Shown here: in pieces, positions 60,524 to 64,000 of the stretch
How the letters are laid out: every line of letters starts with the position of its first letter
How positions within the stretch are numbered: position 1 is the stretch's first letter
Origin: Raillietiella orientalis
Taxonomy: Eukaryota
Direction: 5' to 3'
Assembly: GCA_036172245.1 (NCBI GenBank)
Contig: JAYWIR010000052.1
Span: forward strand, 1-64,000
DNA: 64,000 nucleotides
Notes under the pieces: model-generated
What the model saw: the letters and a program-made list of their open reading frames with translations, nothing else
The model's database searches: none
Told to the model about the DNA's origin: nothing
Program-made: the position numbers and the translations under genes

Positions 60524-60529
60524 TTTATT
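60524..60529 (-). promoter_or_regulatory. Candidate SLC12A8 polyadenylation signal
   Basis: AATAAA on the minus strand about 250 nt after the stop, near the switch back to CpG-rich sequence. Confidence 0.35.
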
Positions 60530-60781
60530 AAGTATATGTTATAAAAATGTGTAGTCAAATTATAAAAGAAATAACTTACATAGGCTATCAGTAAACTGTA
60601 AATTCAAATATAAGTGGGCAGATCTACAAAATGTAAATGTGTGCAAAATGCAAATACTTCATCACAGAAGGCAATTCATCTTTGCCAAATTGATACTCTA
60701 CACAATAAAGCCGTGATTAACATGAATACACCATACCAGCAGGTGAATTAGAGCGGATGAGTAACTTTAGGTTACAGAACT

Positions 60782-63700
60782 TCATGGAATGGAAACACCA
60801 CTGAAAGTATCACTCTGAAGAGTATGTATTTGATGATATTTATTGCGACTGGAAAAGTCTTCGTTTTCCTCATTAATATGAGTGGATGTCACCAGCATAT
60901 TGGGAGGATTGGCTGCAATTACTACGTAATTTTGCTGCTTGGGAGTTCTCCTGAAATTCACAAATGATACCACAAAACTGACTACATTAGCCCACCTAAT
61001 CATTTTCAACAGGATGCATCGGATCCATCTCAGCAACTGGAATTCAGCTGCTATACCAGGGAAGACACCTGGATTTGCTTGACCAATGTAAATAAACAAG
61101 AAAAACACCACAAGCCATGTAGCTGAAGCATATTTCCAATGAATCAAAAACATGAACACTAATTTGGAAATGCAACCCATGCAGGAAATCCACCGGTTGC
61201 ATAAGTGAGCATAGTAACTTTGGGGTTGCCTCCTAATAAGTGGCATTTTCTGCAGGTCCTTAGCATCAGACTGCACACGATTGGAATGGCATTTCATTTG
61301 TTCAAGTACTGGTTCCTCTTCCTAAATAATTACTACTTCTGTTTTACTTTTTGTGCTACCTTATGTGTGGCTCCCATGTCAAACAACCACTCCAAACTTT
61401 CTGTCTGAAAGGGGGTACAATCATTTTCCACTGCGGATTCTTGAGTTTGCTTCCTTCTGGAAAGTTACAAATGAACTCTGATAAGTCATCTTACCTGAAC
61501 TGCATGCCATGTGCATGTTGAAGATCAAAAGCTTGGGCCAAAGCAAAATACGCATAGTCTATACATGCATAAGTAATGAGAAAAGGCATTGTAACAATTG
61601 GTGCTAATCTATTGATTTGACCAACCAAAATGAAGATGATTGTCACCAATGAGATAACAACCAAACCCCATACAGGTACCCTATTTGGACCTCTCTGAAA
61701 ATTACTCATTGAACAGATCTTGTATACTACTTACTCCTTGACCAAGAAAACGAATCATAGGTATCACTCTTTGAGTAGCAATTGACTGTATAACTCTAGG
61801 GGTTCCATACAAAGCTGCCAAAGCACTAGATAAAGAACTGATGTATAAGCCAGCAAGCAAGAGTACTCCTGGAAAAGATAAAACAGCTAAATTAAATTGC
61901 TGATGAAGCTACTTACCAACTGCAGACACTCTTTGAACTATCAAAAAATCAGAATAAAGAGCTGAGCGGTGACAAGTAGCACCCAGTGTAATCATGAAAG
62001 TCAAATATAAAAAAGACCTAGAGAAAACATTACTCTCTTGCTTTTTATGCAAATTACCCGACAGCTGTGGCACACAATGTTCCAGCAGGAATATCTTCTG
62101 AAGGGTTGCGTAAATCCCCAGACATATTAATCCCAGCCATGATTCCTGTCAGAGTCGGGAAGAACAAACCAAAGACGGTGAACCAATTATTGCCTTCAGT
62201 AAAGGCTGTAAAAGTATTATTCCAAAAGACCTCTGCATTCCATCCTTCAAAACCATGTTCTGAGGAGATATATGAGATAATTTGATAATACTTCACATCT
62301 GTTATCATACCAACATCAGATTTGACAAAGCTTCCAACTAGAAAGTCCAGAGATGCTAGCAGCAGAACCAAAAGGAGTGCAAACTGCAACTTGACAACCC
62401 ATTTCACGCCTGCAAGGTTTATTGCTGCCAAAAGGATCATGACACCAGTGGCAATCGCTTTTTCCATCAATGGATTATCAAATTCGATTAACTGAGCTAT
62501 AGATTCAGCAAATCCTGTAACACATAAGGCACAACCCACAGCCTAGAAATGAGATCCAATAAGTAAAAAACAAGGAAACATTAATGCCAATTCTTTGACA
62601 TCGATTCTGTTAGTATTATCTGCATACCTGTCCAAAACAATAAATAAGTCCAACAGCACCTCCCATCTGAGATCCCAGGACATGGCTCAATAAAAAGTAC
62701 ACACCTCCAGATTCAACCTGACATCGTTCACAAATTCCAATAGCAGATAATACAGGTGTCAGCACAATTGTAACTAAAACATGTACTCTCAGAATATTCC
62801 GAAACGTACAAAGGAATCAATTACGAGAAAAAAAAAAAAAAAATCAAAACACAGATATACTCTTATGTGCCTGACTAAACCAAGGTGTCATGCATGCCAA
62901 AAACACGTAAACATTAGCTTATGGTAGAAAATTACACTTTAGTATATAATTAATCCAAATGACTGCATACTCAATTATTATATTCAACTTCACAACATAA
63001 CATGCTTGCAACTACAAAGAAAGGTAAAAAAGCGACTCAAGTTTGTAGATTTGCCTAACCAAATTTGCTTGGATTTTCAGCTGAAAAAGGTTTCTGATGC
63101 CATAGCAATAATGCTTGATCAATGTGTACATAACCTGACTAAAAATGACAAAATCATCTTCAGCTGACTATCAATACCTTAAAAAAGTTCTATTGCTTAC
63201 TTTTACAATTAATCAAGTTTTAATTATCAACTTCCACCTACAAACATGGATGTTTTTCAAACCGTAGTAATCAGCATTATATCAACAAGCACACAAAAAG
63301 CAACAGCTACAGACAGCGACTTGAAGCACTGCTCGATAAAATTTGGCTATCTAGAATCCATTCTGATAGTTTGGCAAGAATACAATGACAAACGGAAACT
63401 AATTTTCCTTCCATGTCGGCCGGCCCACCTATTTGTATTGTAATCAAATTCTTAACAGTATGACTTTTTGATACGTTTAACAGATGCCACATCTTACATA
63501 AAATAGTTCAAAGAAGAAGTACATTGCTGCACATAACATACCTGCTACGAAGACTATTAAAACTGCACTTCCAATCCCTGCTTGGGCAACTATCCAGCCA
63601 CTTCTCAAAAATACAATGACTCCAAGTATGTTGATTAAACATGATGTGAAGACACCGTCCCACGTTCCAAACAACACCGGTTCAGAAATAAAGAACTGTG

Positions 63701-64000
63701 CCTTCCACCACGGCTTCTCTTGCTGAAACAAGAGGTCACCATAAACACAGTATCCTGAACGCCCTTAAGGTTATGCACATACCTCCTTACTGCTTGAAAA
63801 AAAAAAAAAAAAGAATTACGTTAATTTCCTACTTTTTCGCTCGAAAACAGCTCATCCTCCAGCCCAGCTGCATCGCCATATGTATCATTCATGCAAGTGT
63901 TGTTGTCATTGCCATCTGCACATTGATTCATTGATAATTCATATTTGCTGAAGTTCAGTAACCTGCTCGCACCTGACGCCGTACGACCCTCCGGTCCACC
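60782..64000 (-). CDS. SLC12A8: Solute carrier family 12 member 8 (CCC9); 5' end probably beyond the window
   Basis: Phase-consistent exons: 63833-64000 (frame open to the edge), 63542-63722, 62628-62773, 62311-62542, 62058-62259, 61917-62017, 61735-61868, 61495-61694, 61360-61456, 60782-61321. Motifs [57 protein letters not shown]. Confidence 0.94.

Overview
Eukaryotic, probably invertebrate (arthropod-like) genomic DNA in three zones. (1) About 1-30.3 kb is a dense cluster of decayed retrotransposons. It holds roughly a dozen pieces of one L1/Tx1-clade LINE family (ORF1 with two CCHC knuckles; ORF2 with APE, RT and a C-terminal zinc finger), a Utopia/NeSL/R2-like element with N-terminal zinc fingers, and faint Gypsy and Tx1 remnants. 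The Tx1 copies are nested in one another, and 8 of 9 assignable authentic-end junctions are antisense to the host copy. The family has a conserved 5' motif (GCGGACGKGTTTT), a TAATG ORF1/ORF2 overlap and a 3' AATAAA plus CCCGG-loop-CCGGG hairpin. (2) About 31.3-51.6 kb is a minus-strand SLCO/Oatp organic anion transporter gene. I resolved 12 frame-consistent coding exons but not the start exon. Its introns contain AT-rich inverted repeats, a decayed exon duplicate and a 75-bp tandem repeat. (3) 60.8-64 kb is a minus-strand SLC12A8 gene that looks CpG-poor, has several 38-51 nt introns and runs off the window. No rRNA, tRNA or CRISPR was seen. All calls come from reading the sequence by eye; no alignments or database searches were run.
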